Positions 13,077-26,135 of a DNA stretch of 64,000 nt are shown here, piece after piece. Each line of letters opens with the position of its first letter. Position 1 is the stretch's first letter. The position numbers were made by a program, and so were the translations under genes. The DNA is from Ginglymostoma cirratum (taxonomy: Eukaryota), in the NCBI GenBank assembly GCA_024137785.1, contig JAHRHZ010000267.1:21537307-21601306 (forward strand), given 5' to 3'. Below the pieces are notes generated by a model. It made no database searches. It saw only the letters and a list, made by a program, of their open reading frames with translations, and was not told where the DNA came from.

Positions 13077-14004
13077 TGTAACGACGGATGAAAACCTCAA
13101 AGTACTGATGGGTATGCTGAACTATTAACTCCAATTTGTATTCTTTTAAAGAGAACTACTACAGTCAAAATAGGGCAATGGATGTAAATTCAGTCAGTGT
13201 CTAGCAGAATCCTGTGCAGACCCATGGAATATCATATCTGCAGAGAGTCAGGGATACTTCAAACAGAAAGACTCAAAAGGAAGAGGAGAAATCTCACTAC
13301 CCACATCTCTCTCAGCAGAAAGCTATTTCATGCAGACATGTTTGTGTTTTACACTTCCAAGGACATAGGAAAAAAAAGGATTATAACCAATTTCCACCCT
13401 GGGATTCTCTGTGTTAGTGGCCTGATGTACTCGGGTCTGTGAAGGTCACAGCTTGACAGCAGCCATTTAACACGCAGGTAAAAAAGAAAAGGTCAATCTT
13501 TCACTCCACGTGTTACCAGCCTCCTTCGAAAGGAACTAGGATAAAGAATTTCAATCAAACTGAAAAATCAAGAATCTCAAAGCTGAATGCTCAACTATCT
13601 ATGTCCATGTTACTGGTACCATCCAGTGTAATGGTTGCAATGTTCTACTATCTACTCTTCACACACAGACTTGTCTGTATACCTTTACCTTGTGGATTTT
13701 TTTGGACTCATTTCATGTTACTAGTCTCTGTGTACGTATGTTTCAATATTATTTCTTCTCCTGTTTAGTAACTAATAAACTCACACTTTTGTTACCTCAA
13801 GAAAGCCTCGTCAAATTGGCTTCTTGTCAAATATGATGTTCATTTGAGTTTGGGGAAAAGCCATCCATGAAGAAAGGGATCCTTGCTAAAGTAACCTTGT
13901 TAACCTCCATGAACAAGGGGGTGGATAAAGAAAAGGGGGAGGCAGTTCCTCCTTTCTCACCCAGGAGCATAAGAAATCGCAATATACTTTCAGGATCTCT
14001 AACA
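13077..14004 (+). mobile_element. LTR (Gypsy/ERV-type) without an adjacent internal region
   Basis: Starts TGTAACG, has AATAAA followed by CTCAC (~13774), ends TAACA at 14004 followed by a PBS-like AATCGGGGAACCTCACCTGGGA; alternative end at ~13973. Confidence 0.6.
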
Positions 14005-14231
14005 AATCGGGGAACCTCACCTGGGAACTGTTCATATCAACATACAAATCAGCATAAACAAATTTAAATGATCATTTTTAACATACTAATAAATAGTCAC
14101 TAATTCTCAAGATATGCAGATTAATTATAAAAGTACATTTAAATTTGAGTTTGATATAAAATTAATAATTTAAACACTTGTATTGATATAGAGTCATTGT
14201 ATTTTGTTAAAGAAAGAGGGACATTACAGAC

Positions 14232-14346
14232 ACATCTAATAAACTTGTCCAGGGACGTCATCACACACCTCTGGAGTCAGACAGACTTGAATACAGGCCT
14301 CCTGGCCCTAGAGATAGGGACACTACAACTTTGCAGCAAGATCTCC
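14232..14346 (-). mobile_element. Short tRNA-derived SINE
   Basis: Minus strand TGTAGTGTCCCTATCTCTAGGGCCAGGAGGCCTGTATTCAAGTC..CTCCAGAGGTGTGT; same family as 34455-34752. Confidence 0.75.
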
Positions 14347-14734
14347 ACAAGATGGATGTTATGTTGTCATAAAATTTGCAAAGAAATAAAAACGACTTGT
14401 TATTAACAGCTACATCCAGAGTGCCACAATTACAGCAGCACTGTAGTCAGGCACTAAACAATTTATCAGCCACATGAAGTGCTAAAAGAAGTACTTTCAA
14501 TGAGTTTAAAAACGCAATTATTTTGAATTTAGAGGAACCGCAAGTCATGACTGATCATCTCATAGAATTATCTAATTCCTATTCATGCTTATCACAGGAA
14601 GTTGTTACATCTGGGGGTTATGTATAAACATTTAAATAAAAGGTAAAACAAGCAAAGTCATATTTATCTTGCATATTTGTATTTTAATTCCAACAAACGT
14701 TCTCCAAAGTTTTCACTTCTTCCCACAACCGTGA

Positions 14735-15060
14735 CAACTTAGATTTATTTAATGCATTGTATGTAGTAGTGCACTCCAAACCCTCACGGTCATGTAACTG
14801 AATATCAAAGCAGCAGATTACTGAGGTAGTCAAAAGGGGCTGACTCTGAGTTTTCAAAAGGGAAGAAAGGAGAGGGGGTTTGGGGACAGCGTTTCAGGCT
14901 TTCAATAAGAGCAGTGTAACACTACAGGGTTACGGCAGAGAGAGAAAAGATGCAAAGGAGCCCCAAGTCAGGAAATCCCTATTCAGAAAGGTTGGTGAAA
15001 GATGTAGCATATGGATGAGGAGGTGGGGAAAGCGTGTTTGAGGTGGTAGTGGAAGAGATT
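14735..15060 (-). mobile_element. Old L2-like LINE 3' fragment
   Basis: Plus strand ACTTAGATTTATTTAATGC tail then purine-rich GGGAAGAAAGGAGAGGGGG; similar to 19453-19790 and 47575-47720. Confidence 0.45.
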
Positions 15061-16204
15061 TAATTGTTAGTATTGACACAGAAAGGAGACAAAACAGAAA
15101 TGAAGAAGGCAACTTACATCAATGTCAAATATATTCTGAATTGTGTTGGATGAGCATTTTAGAATTGACATACTTGTGAAACTTTTCAAAAAAAGAGCAT
15201 TGCACCCCCCACCCACCCCCCAATGCAAATAAATGATTCATTGATGGCTTAGTACAGTGGGAATCCCATTGCTGTCTGTTGTGACATATTTTATCGAGGT
15301 ATCCTGGCTGGAAAACAATCCACATTACCACAGTTATTTGCGAAGCAGTGTTTTTCTTTTGCTCATGCAATACATCTTCACATACCTTGTGGCAGATGAA
15401 GCAACGTTATGTCCTGAGTGACAGTCAACACAGTCCATATCTACTTAGAATAGATTAAGCTAAATTACACTAACCTTTCTTTCCATAAGGGAAGTGAGTT
15501 AAGGATTAATATTTCTCTTGTGGCCAAAATCAAGAGCTTTACTTGACTCTTAAACAAAGTTAGTTGTTCATTGGGGAAAATAAGCAAAGGAAATTGTTTC
15601 CCTTTCTGCAACAATGCCCAAGTGTCTATCATACACAAATTCCTAGTCTCTTATCATATAGTTGTCTTTCAACATGCTTTTTTTTAAAACTCGCTTTGCT
15701 TGTTAAAGTTTCTCTCTGAAATATCCAAATCTTTCTACTGGATTCCAATTCTTCCCCTCTCTCTCTTCCTGCTTCTGGAGCTACCACTCAGTGTGCCTCT
15801 CCTTCCCTTTTTCACTGTGATAACAAGTCTTTCCTTATATTGCCTTTTCTTCCCACCTCCCTACAGACGCCTGAAACCAGACTTAACATCATGATTGACT
15901 GTCCTTGGGTGCAGGCCCAGATACTAGAGAATCGCAAGTGAGCCTGGACTTCCCAGAAAGTAGGGAGGAAACACTGGAAGGTAGTGAAGTCGCAAATTTG
16001 GTTTGTATTACATCTTGAGACTGACCATGTGGTCATTGTACACTGCTACACTGGACATGAAACTACAGCCCTGACAAGGAGAGCCACATCTGAAAGATGT
16101 TGCAATATATATTGCTCTGTTATAGCTCAGGCTGGGAGAGAAGGTACAAAGAGATTGTATTGGGAAGGAAGGTTGTGCAAGGCTGGGAAAGAATTTTAAT
16201 AGAG

Positions 16205-16386
16205 AAGGCAGGATCACCTCATCCACTCAAACCCCACTACCACCTCAAATACACAACAGCAGCTGTATGCACCTTCTACAAATTGCATGGCTGCAACTCA
16301 TTAAGGACTCTTTGACAGTACCCTTTAAATCTGTGACTCAATGGCTGAATGGCCTGGTTCCACACTGTAGGGATTCTATGGTTCTG
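16205..16386 (+). mobile_element. CR1-like LINE fragment plus CR1/SINE tail
   Basis: GCAGCTGTATGCACCTTCTACAAATTGCATGGCTGCAACTC (family of 41.9 kb) followed by AATGGCCTGGTTCCACACTGTAGGGATTCTATG. Confidence 0.65.
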
Positions 16387-16707
16387 TAACAGTTATTCAG
16401 AACACAGGCTTCTAGGCCTGCCTTGATCACTGGTTCCCCTGGCCGACACACAAACTCTTCATTGCAAATAGCAAAATTTTTGTGTGTCTCAACTGGTTGC
16501 AAATACACCTCCACTACACTGGCCAGTGTCTATAATGGAATTGAAAAACTGAGGTTCATTTGCTTGCTGCAGCTATCACAGACATTGGTAAATGGAATCC
16601 TGGCTCTCCCCTCAACAATATGGCATATCTTGTGCTGAAAATATTTTCTGAGGGTGGGAAAACAATATGTTAGAGTTACAGAACACACATACTAGACTCT
16701 GTCAGTC

Positions 16708-17565
16708 ATAGAGCATAGAAAAGTATAGCACAGGAACGGGCTCTTTGGCCCACGATGTTGTCCAATCATGACACCAAATTAAACCAATCCTTTCTGCCCG
16801 CCCTTGGTCCATATTCCTCCATTCCTTACACATTCACCTGCTTATCTAAAAGCCCCTTAAATGCCCCTAACGTATCGGCCTCCACAACCACCCATGGTAG
16901 CGCATTCCAGACTCCTGCCACTGTGCAAAAAACTTGCCCCTCACATCTCCTTTGAACTTTTCACCTCTCACCTTAAATGCATGCCCCCTAGTATTAGGCA
17001 TTTAAACTCTGGGAAAAAGATTCTGATCATCAATGCATCAATTACGCATGTCATAATTTTATAGACTTCTATCAAGTCTCCTCTCAGCCTCCACCACTCC
17101 AGAGAAAACAACCAAGTTTTACTAGCCTCTCTTTATAGCTCATAACGTCTAATCCAAGTAGCATCCTGGTAAACCTCATCTGCACCCTCTCCTAAGCCTC
17201 CACATCCTTCCTGTAATGTGGTGACCAGAATTGAACGCAATACTCGAGGTGTGGCCTAACCAAAGATTTATAAAGCTGCAACAAGAAATCCTGACTCTTG
17301 TACTCAGTTCCCTGACCAATAAAGGCAAGCATGCCATACACCTTCTTTACCACCATATCTTCTTGCGTGGCCACTTTTAAAGAGCTATGAACTCGAACCC
17401 CAAGATACCTCTGTACATCAATGCTGTTCACAGTCTGGCCATTAACTGTATATGTTTCCTCAGTATTTGATCTCCCAAAGCACAGCACCTCACACTTAAA
17501 CCAGATTAATCTCGATCTGCTATTTCTCCGCCCATCTCTGCAACTGATCAATATCCCGCTGTATC
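16708..17565 (-). mobile_element. CR1 LINE 3' portion
   Basis: ORF 17192-17551 KCEVLCFGRSN..LYKSLVRPHLEYCVQFWSPHYRKDVEA; tail reads CATAGAGCATAGA on plus. Confidence 0.95.
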
Positions 17566-18092
17566 CTTAGTCTGGAATGAATACATTGCATATAGATATA
17601 TCAATCCAGCAAACTGTTAATTGTCAGAACTTCATCAGTTTTGACTTCAAAAGCAATTTATATTAAGTAGTAAGTGCAAATGATCAATTTCCCAGCTACT
17701 AAAGTGATATTTTCCACGTACCATAGTAATGCAACTCTTCCACTTGTATAGTTTGTACTCCTAACAGAAGGATAATGGTATTTTCTTACACATAATGTGA
17801 CAGCTAACTGTATATTGTTCCTGTTAACCCTGTGCTCTAAAGACTGGGAGAGAAACTTGAGACATACTCTTTCAAATGTTGGACTAAGAGGTCTTGCACC
17901 CAAGATGCGGGATCTTGGATTGTGGTAGGATTTGCCTGTTGGAAAAGATACTATCATTACTATAAATTACTGAGGCATTTCGTTAAACTCCTACTGTAGA
18001 GACCTTTCATTGCCTATTTAGCACAGTACTTGAAATTGCACAATTCATACCAATCCTGATTGAATCTAGTTTCCAGTGGAAATATGTATATA

Positions 18093-18840
18093 GACGAATT
18101 TAACGATTTTGGCTGTGGCCCCATCCACTGGTCAGGAAACTGGAAGCAACTCCGTGGTTGAAATTACAGATTTTTCTGACAAAATTCAATGCCCATCAGG
18201 CAATTAACTGCCTGCCATTGGACCATTTATGTCTTTAAGAGTGAAGGTTCCACCTCCAATAACTCCTGATCAATCAAATGGTCAGCAGCTCTCTAAGCCT
18301 ATCAGCGATAGTAGCCACTGCTGGGGCTACAGAGAGCCCCAGATGGGTGACGATGGAGGCAACCCTGGAGTGCAAGTAAGTTGGTCAGCTCACCAAGACT
18401 GTTCTCAGCCTGTGCAGTAATGGGTCATTGTGTAAGGGGGTGATGGGTTCTTTCACTGGGCAGAAGTTCTTGATGCCATGGAAGCCCTCCATGGGCCAGG
18501 AAGTGCCCAGTCATGAACGCCCCCATCCCCACAAACAACTATCACAAAAGGTTGCCTTTTTACTTGGTACCCTCCTTAGATGGCACATGCCACCCCCTTC
18601 CTTGATGGAATTTCAGTGGTGGTTGGGGAAACTCTCTTTGATGGTCATTTATTTAACAATTTAAGGGCTTCAACTTGTCCCAAGGCAGGAAATCCATCCT
18701 CAGCCTTCTATATACGTGGCTTAAATCAATGGAACCAGGAAGGCAACAGACTTTCTACTTCCTACCTTCTTCCACAGGCGACAACCCGGCCCTTTCCCAG
18801 ATGGGAGATGGGGAGTTAAACACTTCCCTAAGTCACAACA
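18093..18840. mobile_element. Degenerate non-autonomous DNA-transposon-like element (Harbinger-type MITE?)
   Basis: GC-richer block starting GACGAATTTAAC; internal CAATCAAATGGTCAGCAGCTCT resembles motifs at ~29120 and ~35700. Confidence 0.4.
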
Positions 18841-19452
18841 AAACATTAGAAATGGGGGAGCTGATGCAGTAGATGGTGAGATTCAAAGACTGAGACAGAT
18901 GTGGATAGAGCAATAATCTGCATCTGGGAGCACTTGACCATGATATTGGTGCTCAAACTGCAATAATATCCCTAGCTCCGATAAGCACAAATGTATGTTA
19001 TTAATAATATAGTTCACTTAATGCCAGAACTGTAAAGTACTCACAGCAGAGACAACAATTAATCTTAGTCATTGCCAAACCTCATTTACTACAGCATTCT
19101 TTCATTATTGCTTATTGCTAATTGTTTTCAATTCCCAGTTCTTTTCAAGAGCACACCATTCATTATAGTATAAATCTGATGCCACTTCTCGTTATTTGTC
19201 CCTGCCTACAGTCCCTCTACATAGCATGTATATCCAAGAAAGTGTCCCTTTCTTTTTAATAGCTGACTGTTCATCTTCTTGCCAACTTGACCATTGTTTC
19301 ATCAAGAAAATAGTCACTGGGAGTTTAGGATGTTTGTGGATTAATTTCCAAATGCAATGTCTAAATATTAATCTAGGAAGCTCACAAGTGACAATTGTGC
19401 AAAGCCAATCTCTCCAGGGACTGCCTAAAACTATAAAGGTCCTCAGGTATAA

Positions 19453-19790
19453 CAATAATAGCTTGCAACTACACGACTATTTTAGCGTAAGTAAACATCA
19501 CAAAATACTTTCAACGGTTATGTTCAGAAATCAAAAGACATCAAGTGTTTCCAGTGGATATTCAGAGCACTGGGTCAAAGTGATGGGATCGTTAAAGAAA
19601 GAAAAGAAGGTGGAGAAGCAACAGTGTTCAGAGAGGGAATTTCAGAGAATGGGGTCTAGCTGACTTAAAGCCTTTGTCACCAATAGTTGACAAAGGAAGA
19701 GAGAGATGCACTGGAAGAAGCCAGAAGAAGTTAAGAAATGGGGATGGCAAGACATAAAGGATGAATCCTCGAAGATACTTCACATTTACA
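19453..19790 (-). mobile_element. L2-like LINE 3' fragment
   Basis: Plus strand AATAATAGCTTGCAACTACACGACTATTTTAGCGTAAGTAAACATC..GAGAGGGAATTTCAGAG..GGGTCTAG; homologous to 47575-47720. Confidence 0.6.
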
Positions 19791-21377
19791 TCGGAAGGAT
19801 CTAAATCTCAGGTCTTAAAAAGGTGCATGGATCAACAGAGGATGCATATCTCAAAGTATGATCAGCTCATCTTCAGCACATTTGGTTGAAGAAACTTGGA
19901 AATATGTGAACTCAAACCTTAGTCCTAATGCAGAGTTTCCAAGGAAATTTAAAGTTATTATGGGCACACCACTATCTAAACAGAAGCTGTTTTGGGATTT
20001 CTAGGAATATGTAGAAATTGGATTGGACTTGGCACCAAATAGGCTGACAAACATTTTTGCAATAAAATGGAAACAATGTGAATCATCTTGAATGTTATTT
20101 TGAGGACTGCTGGAAAAAGCCTTGCTGCTGTGACTTTAGGGGCCTGGTCAACAGAGATAACTGAATTCCTTCAAAAAGTCTGCTGAGAAAGAATCAGCCA
20201 CCAGACCATATGTGGGAAGAAAGAAGCTATTAAATTCTAGGAACAGTGCAAAAATTAAATTCAACTGTAAAGAGGTTTGTTCTTCATAATAATTACTGGA
20301 GCCACTTTGATCACGCATACACAAAAACAAACTTGGTTTGAAAAAAAGGCTCATTTTCCCTTTGATACAGAATGTTTATGGATATTTTCTGCATCTGTGA
20401 TCAAAGAAGCAGGTCAAACTATGTTTCCTTGTGTTGTTAATCAATTTGAAATTTATGAGGGGCTGAAATATGCACAACATACATCAGCCATTACACAGCC
20501 TGATATACTGTTTCAGGATCAAGTAAAGGAAACTAATGCATTGGTGGTTCCACGGTTACCTTGCAGTTACTTTAAACAAACTGGACACTGATTTTCAGCA
20601 TCAAATATCACTGTGAAAATATGGTTCATGTTTCTTGTTATGCATCAAACCAATACAGAACAACAAGAAAGGTAAATGTAAAATTGGACAGCTTGTTAAA
20701 AAGAGCCAGTATGGCTCTAATGCTTTGTGTCCACAGGCTATATAATTTGGGAACTTATATTTGGTTTGAGGTATCTTGATCACTACAGAAATAGCAGATA
20801 GCTGTGATTTATAATATGTTTTTATTGATTGAATTTTTAAGGCATTGAAAGGCACTTTTGCTTCGTACTGTCCAAAATATGGTCCCAACGCCAAAACTCC
20901 ACTTCCCTTCTCATTTTTGCTTTCCAGTTCCATCAACAAATGTGTCCCAGAGGTCTCTGGTTCTATCTTCTACAACTCCCATTTTGCTCCTACTCTTGCT
21001 TCTACAGTGTTGCAATCACTCCCAACATTACCTTACCTTTGTCCTTAACAGTAACTGTGGTGCTTAAGTTCTGGGACTCGTCTTCTATTTTACTGACAAC
21101 CAGGGCCCTACTGACATGATATATCTCTGTTATATCTGGAGAGAAAAAGACATGGTTGCCATTTGAGGTAGGGACTTTTGATGAACACACAACTGATGGA
21201 GAAAGGTGACACCCTTGGCCTGGTGTTGACCTTTTGTTTGTTCACTTGGTTACTAACATAGCACTGGCTAGGAAATTGTATTATGTAAGGAGGCTCTGCA
21301 CGCTTATTGAGAGATTTGTCAACCTTTAAAACTGATGGACTGTGATCACAAGCTAAGTTGTCAGGTGTACAGTTCCA

Positions 21378-21890
21378 CGCTAAAATAAAAGAACTGCGGG
21401 GGCTGGAAATCTGAAACAAAAGACTAGAGAAATCGCTAGAGAAACTCAAAAGATCTGGCAGCATCTTTGGAGAGAAAACTCAGTCAACATTTTGGGTCCA
21501 GTGACCCTTTTTCAGACCTGGAAATTCTGATACTGACATAAAGTATCAGAAGAATTGCAGATGAAAGTAGGAAGGGACTGGACTAGTGGAGAAAAAAAAA
21601 AGTTGCGGTAGGAGGAGAGATCTTCCGTGAGGCAGGAACAAGCAGAAACAATGGGTCTGCCCAGGTCGTCCTGTTTGAGGAATATGGGGAGAACACAGAG
21701 GCAGGTCTACATGGTTAGGTGTCTATGAGCTTGGGAGCTGTGTTAGGGAAGTGGAGGGATAAGAGATTCCCAAACAAAATGGGATTAATGACCGTCTGAA
21801 GAAGGGTCTCAGGACTCAAAATGTTAACACTGCTTTCTCTCCACAGATGCTATCAGACCTGCTGAAATTCTCCAGCAATTTCTGTTTTTA
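21378..21890. mobile_element. Penelope-like element: inverted terminal-repeat arms flanking a minus-strand RT fragment
   Basis: Arms ~21380-21520 and ~21796-21890 are diverged inverted copies. Minus strand 21540-21795 reads LPIFLKQDDLGRPIVSACSCLTEDLSS..FFSPLVQSLPTFI, matching the PLE RT LPKIHK..PGRPIVS motif. Confidence 0.85.
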
Positions 21891-22744
21891 AACAATTCCA
21901 GGCATTGTGTTTTCCCAGTCTTCTGCCTTCTGCATTTTTAATTGCTCTTATTTTCAAACCTTCACATGTGGCACGGCCATAATTAGTTTTAATCTACCCT
22001 CAAAGCCTACGTGGACATTCTGCTCAGCTGTCAGCGGTGAAGGTGGGAATATGCTACCTGTAATCAATAAAATCAGGAGCTTTACATCAAGTATGGTATA
22101 CTTTCTTCTCTCCTGCTTTTAGAGTGAATGGCATTACTCAATAGATGAAGAGGCATCATAATTTAAAATTTAATTATGAATAGTGACCACACCCCATCCC
22201 TTTGAAACATGTCTGCTTGCAACCTATCTAGGAATATACAATACCCAAGGGGTCCAATCCTTATCCATCAATGATGCTGAAATAAAGCAGTGCATTTTGT
22301 GTTAAGAGGCTCACCTAAAAAAAAAACCTAAGGGAATAATCATTTTTCTGCTGATGTGGACATTTGGTAACTTAAGAGTGAAGGGCTTTCAAATGTAAGA
22401 TTGAAACTGAAGTCATACACGTTTCACTTCAACAAACTATGTTCGCAACTCAAATGTACATCACACTTGAGGCCCACCAAAAAAGAATCTTGAACAGGGA
22501 TGGTCACTGACTGCAAAATCCAGATTGGTCTGAATTTTATTTTCTTTGAGCTGAATCTGAAACTCTGGATTTTGTTAGATCAAGACAATTTTCCGCATGT
22601 AAATGAAATGGAGTTAGCAGTGCAGAGGGACACCAGTCCCTTGCTGCATGTTTAGCACAATTGTTCATCACTAGAAAATTTTGCTGTATAATTCTGAACA
22701 GATGGGCCTCTGTGCACTCAAAATAGTCAAAGTCACATTTAAAA

Positions 22745-22870
22745 ATCTGATGAAAAGCCATCCACCTGAAATGTTAACTTTGTTTCACTCATGACAGATG
22801 ATGCCTGATCTGATTCCAGCATTTTCTCTTTTGATTTTTAGATTTTCAGCAATGGCAGTATATCATTTTG
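22745..22870 (+). mobile_element. Penelope terminal-repeat fragment
   Basis: CTGATGAAAAGCCATCCACCTGAAATGTTAACTTTGTTTC..CAGATG..CCAGCATTTTCT. Confidence 0.7.
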
Positions 22871-23496
22871 TGTCCATGAAGCTTTTCATTGTGGCCAAAT
22901 CTTAAGGTTATTTCCTTTAAATGGCAAATACATTAGACTTTTCAGATGGAATGAACCAACTTACCTAGGTTTACCAACAGCTCAGAGGATTCAGTTGTAA
23001 ATTGCCTCTGAATTGCATCTGAATGTTGGTCATAAAAGCATGTAACCATTTCTCTCTCTGTCAGTGCAATGTTGATCCTGGTATAATCCGTGTCAAATTC
23101 CTTGATAATTTAATGGTGGAACACACTTGATTCTAAATTTGATTTTAAACTACAGCTTTTGATTCAAAGTTGAAAATTGTGGACGCTTTCGTCTGAAAGC
23201 TGACGACAGTGCAATGCGAATACTCTTTCTCTATAGGGGTTAATCATTTGAACAGTTAAACACTTCAGCACCTAAGGAGTAACTTGCATAATGACTAGGT
23301 GTGCCATAAGAGTCAGACCAAAATGCTCAATATCACGCTGAAATATTTCAAACATAAAGACTTTTCACTGCACATAAAGTCAAGTGAAATTATGAACTTG
23401 ATTACTCTACTAGCCAGAATCAAATTTCTTGTCCACTATAGTATACCCTCTGTCAGTTGATGTTATTAGAGGGTCAAGGACTCAAAATGACAACTT

Positions 23497-23930
23497 GGGG
23501 CAGGATTTTCCTGGGGGCTTCTGAATCTAATCTTCAGGATCCAGTTGGGTCAGAAGCCAAAAGGTAATCCCGCCACTGATTTTCCTCAAATTAAATAGAC
23601 AATCAGAGCGTAGGCTCCTGATGTTACAAATAGCCAATAACCCTGTGGTCTGAAGGTAGTGGCAGGCCAGCATAGCAGCTGAGTGCATTAGATGTCATCT
23701 AAGATGAAACTATACTCTCTCCAACTTTGTTAAACTTAGAATGAAGTAGCCGCAATAGGTCAACCTCTCGAATGGGCGGCCTGCAGCTGCTGCAGAACTG
23801 AGGATGGCAGGGCTCCTCTAAGCTTGCCTGGGGTGCTGGGCCCCCTGATCTACCACCTCCCAGCACCTAAGTTGTCTCCACCAAACTGGCCTTACTAGGT
23901 CTTAAACTGGCTTAATTATACCCAGCTCTT
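23497..23930. mobile_element. Degenerate Harbinger-type MITE fragment
   Basis: Begins GGGCAGGATTTTCC (cf. TIR-like GGTAAAATTCAGCCC at 50466); GC-richer body. Confidence 0.4.
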
Positions 23931-24367
23931 TGTGTTCACTGACGTGGCTGCAGTATGATCAGGAGGAGGGAAATGGGCAACAAGGAACACAAAAGGTGCT
24001 CACATCCCACCACAGTCCAAGATAGATTCCCTGTGGAAATGCTTGACCACTGCGTAAAATTGAAAACTACTCTAAATGGAACAAAGTCAAGCCTTGCCTC
24101 TGCGCTGCTTTGTGCTGCGAAAGCCACCCAAATGTTGTAACAAATATCCATTTTCCTAATGCTAACCAGATCAATCCTGCAGTTCGCAACACCTACTGAA
24201 CTGACCTCTCAGTCCATCATAGCTGCTGGATTTCATTTTTCTTCATTTTCATCATTATAAATAATAAAATCCCATTACGTTAAGGGAATAGATATTCTAA
24301 CCAACAGCCTTAGAACCTTTTGCCAAAAGTTAGTCAAAATTTGAAATTATTCTACACAAGTCTGTTT

Positions 24368-24396
24368 TGTGTGTGTGTGTGGGGGGGGGGGGGGGG
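24368..24396. repeat. (TG)n microsatellite plus poly-G run
   Basis: Directly visible. Confidence 0.95.
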
Positions 24397-25769
24397 AGGC
24401 ATGCACACAAAACCTTTTTCACTTCCACGTGATCAACATCATTGAAATAGTAAAAGATGTTTGTATTTGTTGTACTTCAATCTGTTTTATAACAAAGTTA
24501 TATCTGTTTTATTGTTATAAATAATTTTCCAAGGAAGGTGAAAAAGTACACGTTATAACAGCATATATGAATTAATGCTACGATTTTGTAGAGCAAATTC
24601 AAAATCCTATTGAGCACATTAATGAGCAAGCCTAACATAATATGTGCTGACTTGGCTGGATACCAATAAGCAGTATGAATGTCACATCAGGTGACGAGAA
24701 ATCAAATCTTTCTTGATTTTCATTTATTTTCATTTTTATACTCTCAGCACTGAAACTTTGTGTATTTCTTTCTATCACAGTTCTTAAGTTTGTTGCCATG
24801 GCAGCAAAATGAGATTATATAAACCTGACTTCTGTTTACAGACTCCATTTTAACACCACTCATTTCATTATAAGAGCATCATCTGTTGTAAGTATGAACA
24901 ATTCCCACATCTAATTACAACCAGGATTTCAGGGTCATTAAACAAAATACATTTGCATCAGCAAGAGTGGAAATGGAGACTAAAATCACACAGCATCAGG
25001 CATGAACTTGCACTTGATTTCTTTCCTTCCTATCTTAAAATTTCCTCCTTGACCTTCTTTTTGATCTTGTGAAACCTTAACTCTTGAGTTTTAAAATAAT
25101 GTAACAGCTTAATGTACACATTGCATTGAATGTGAAGCAGAAAAAATCTGATTGGCGCAAGTCGACCTTTTCTAGGCAATTACTTGGGACATTAGTATAA
25201 CACATAGTCTCCCAGTTACATTCTACGTATTTATAAATCTGCAGTACAAGATGGGTTTAAACATCACATTTAAAAAGTGGCCGGGCTGTTTTATTGGCAT
25301 TATTTTATAGTCTAAATCAGTGCCATTGACTTTGAAATTATGCTTCAAGAAGATCAGCACACAAATATTTTTCATATGCCAACATGTCAAATACTTGTAC
25401 TTTAAATCATCATGTATAACAATCGTTAGACCTTTAGCCTTGCCCCTCTTGAAGAATTCATTTCTTAAATATTCCTTTTGGAGCTGACAGAATTCAGAGT
25501 TTGAGAGATTGATTCATAAAGCGAAAGCTATCTTTAGAGTAATGTTGGTAATACTGGATAGGTAAATAGACTTAATTTCGAATATAACTATTTTTAAAAT
25601 CGAACAGTATGAGAAGTTCAGCATTTTAAAAACAGATGAACTATTAAGTTAGTCATAAAGGAAATGGCAAAATGTAGTTTGAAGTTACACCAAAACTTTC
25701 CTATGATTTGTGCTGGAAACTTTGCGCAATATTCAGTAGAAACAATTTTTTTAAAAACGTTACCTGGAA

Positions 25770-26135
25770 CTTATAAAATCCTGAGGGACACAGATAAGGT
25801 GAATGACAAGGGTCTTTTCCCTAGGGTGGGAGAGTTCAAAACTAGGGGACATATTTTTAAGATGAGAGGAGAAAGATTAAAAGGGACTTGAGGAGCAACT
25901 TCTGTTTTTAAACACACAGAGTGGTTTGTCTATGGAATGAACTGCCAGAGAAAGTGGTGGATGCAGGAACAGTTACAACACTTAAAAGACATTTGGATAC
26001 GTTCATGAATAAGAAAAGTTTGCAAGAAAATGGGCCTAGTACAGGCAGGTGGGACTAGTTTTGTTTGGGAACATGGTGGGCACAGACTTGTTGGACTGAA
26101 GGGTCTGTTTTCTTGCTGTATGAATCAATGACTTT
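25770..26135 (+). mobile_element. CR1 LINE 3' end
   Basis: YKILRDTDKVNDKGLFPRVGEFKTRGHIFK; tail GAAGGGTCTGTTTTCTTGCTGTATGAATCAATGACT. Confidence 0.9.

Noticed and set aside
19196-19663. 155-aa ORF
   Set aside because: No recognisable domain; its second half is the antisense of an L2-like fragment
23180-23230. CTGACGACAGTGCAATGCGAAT as a hammerhead core
   Set aside because: GAAA is broken (GAAT), stem II is at most 2 bp and there is no stem III or NUH triplet; at best a decayed repeat
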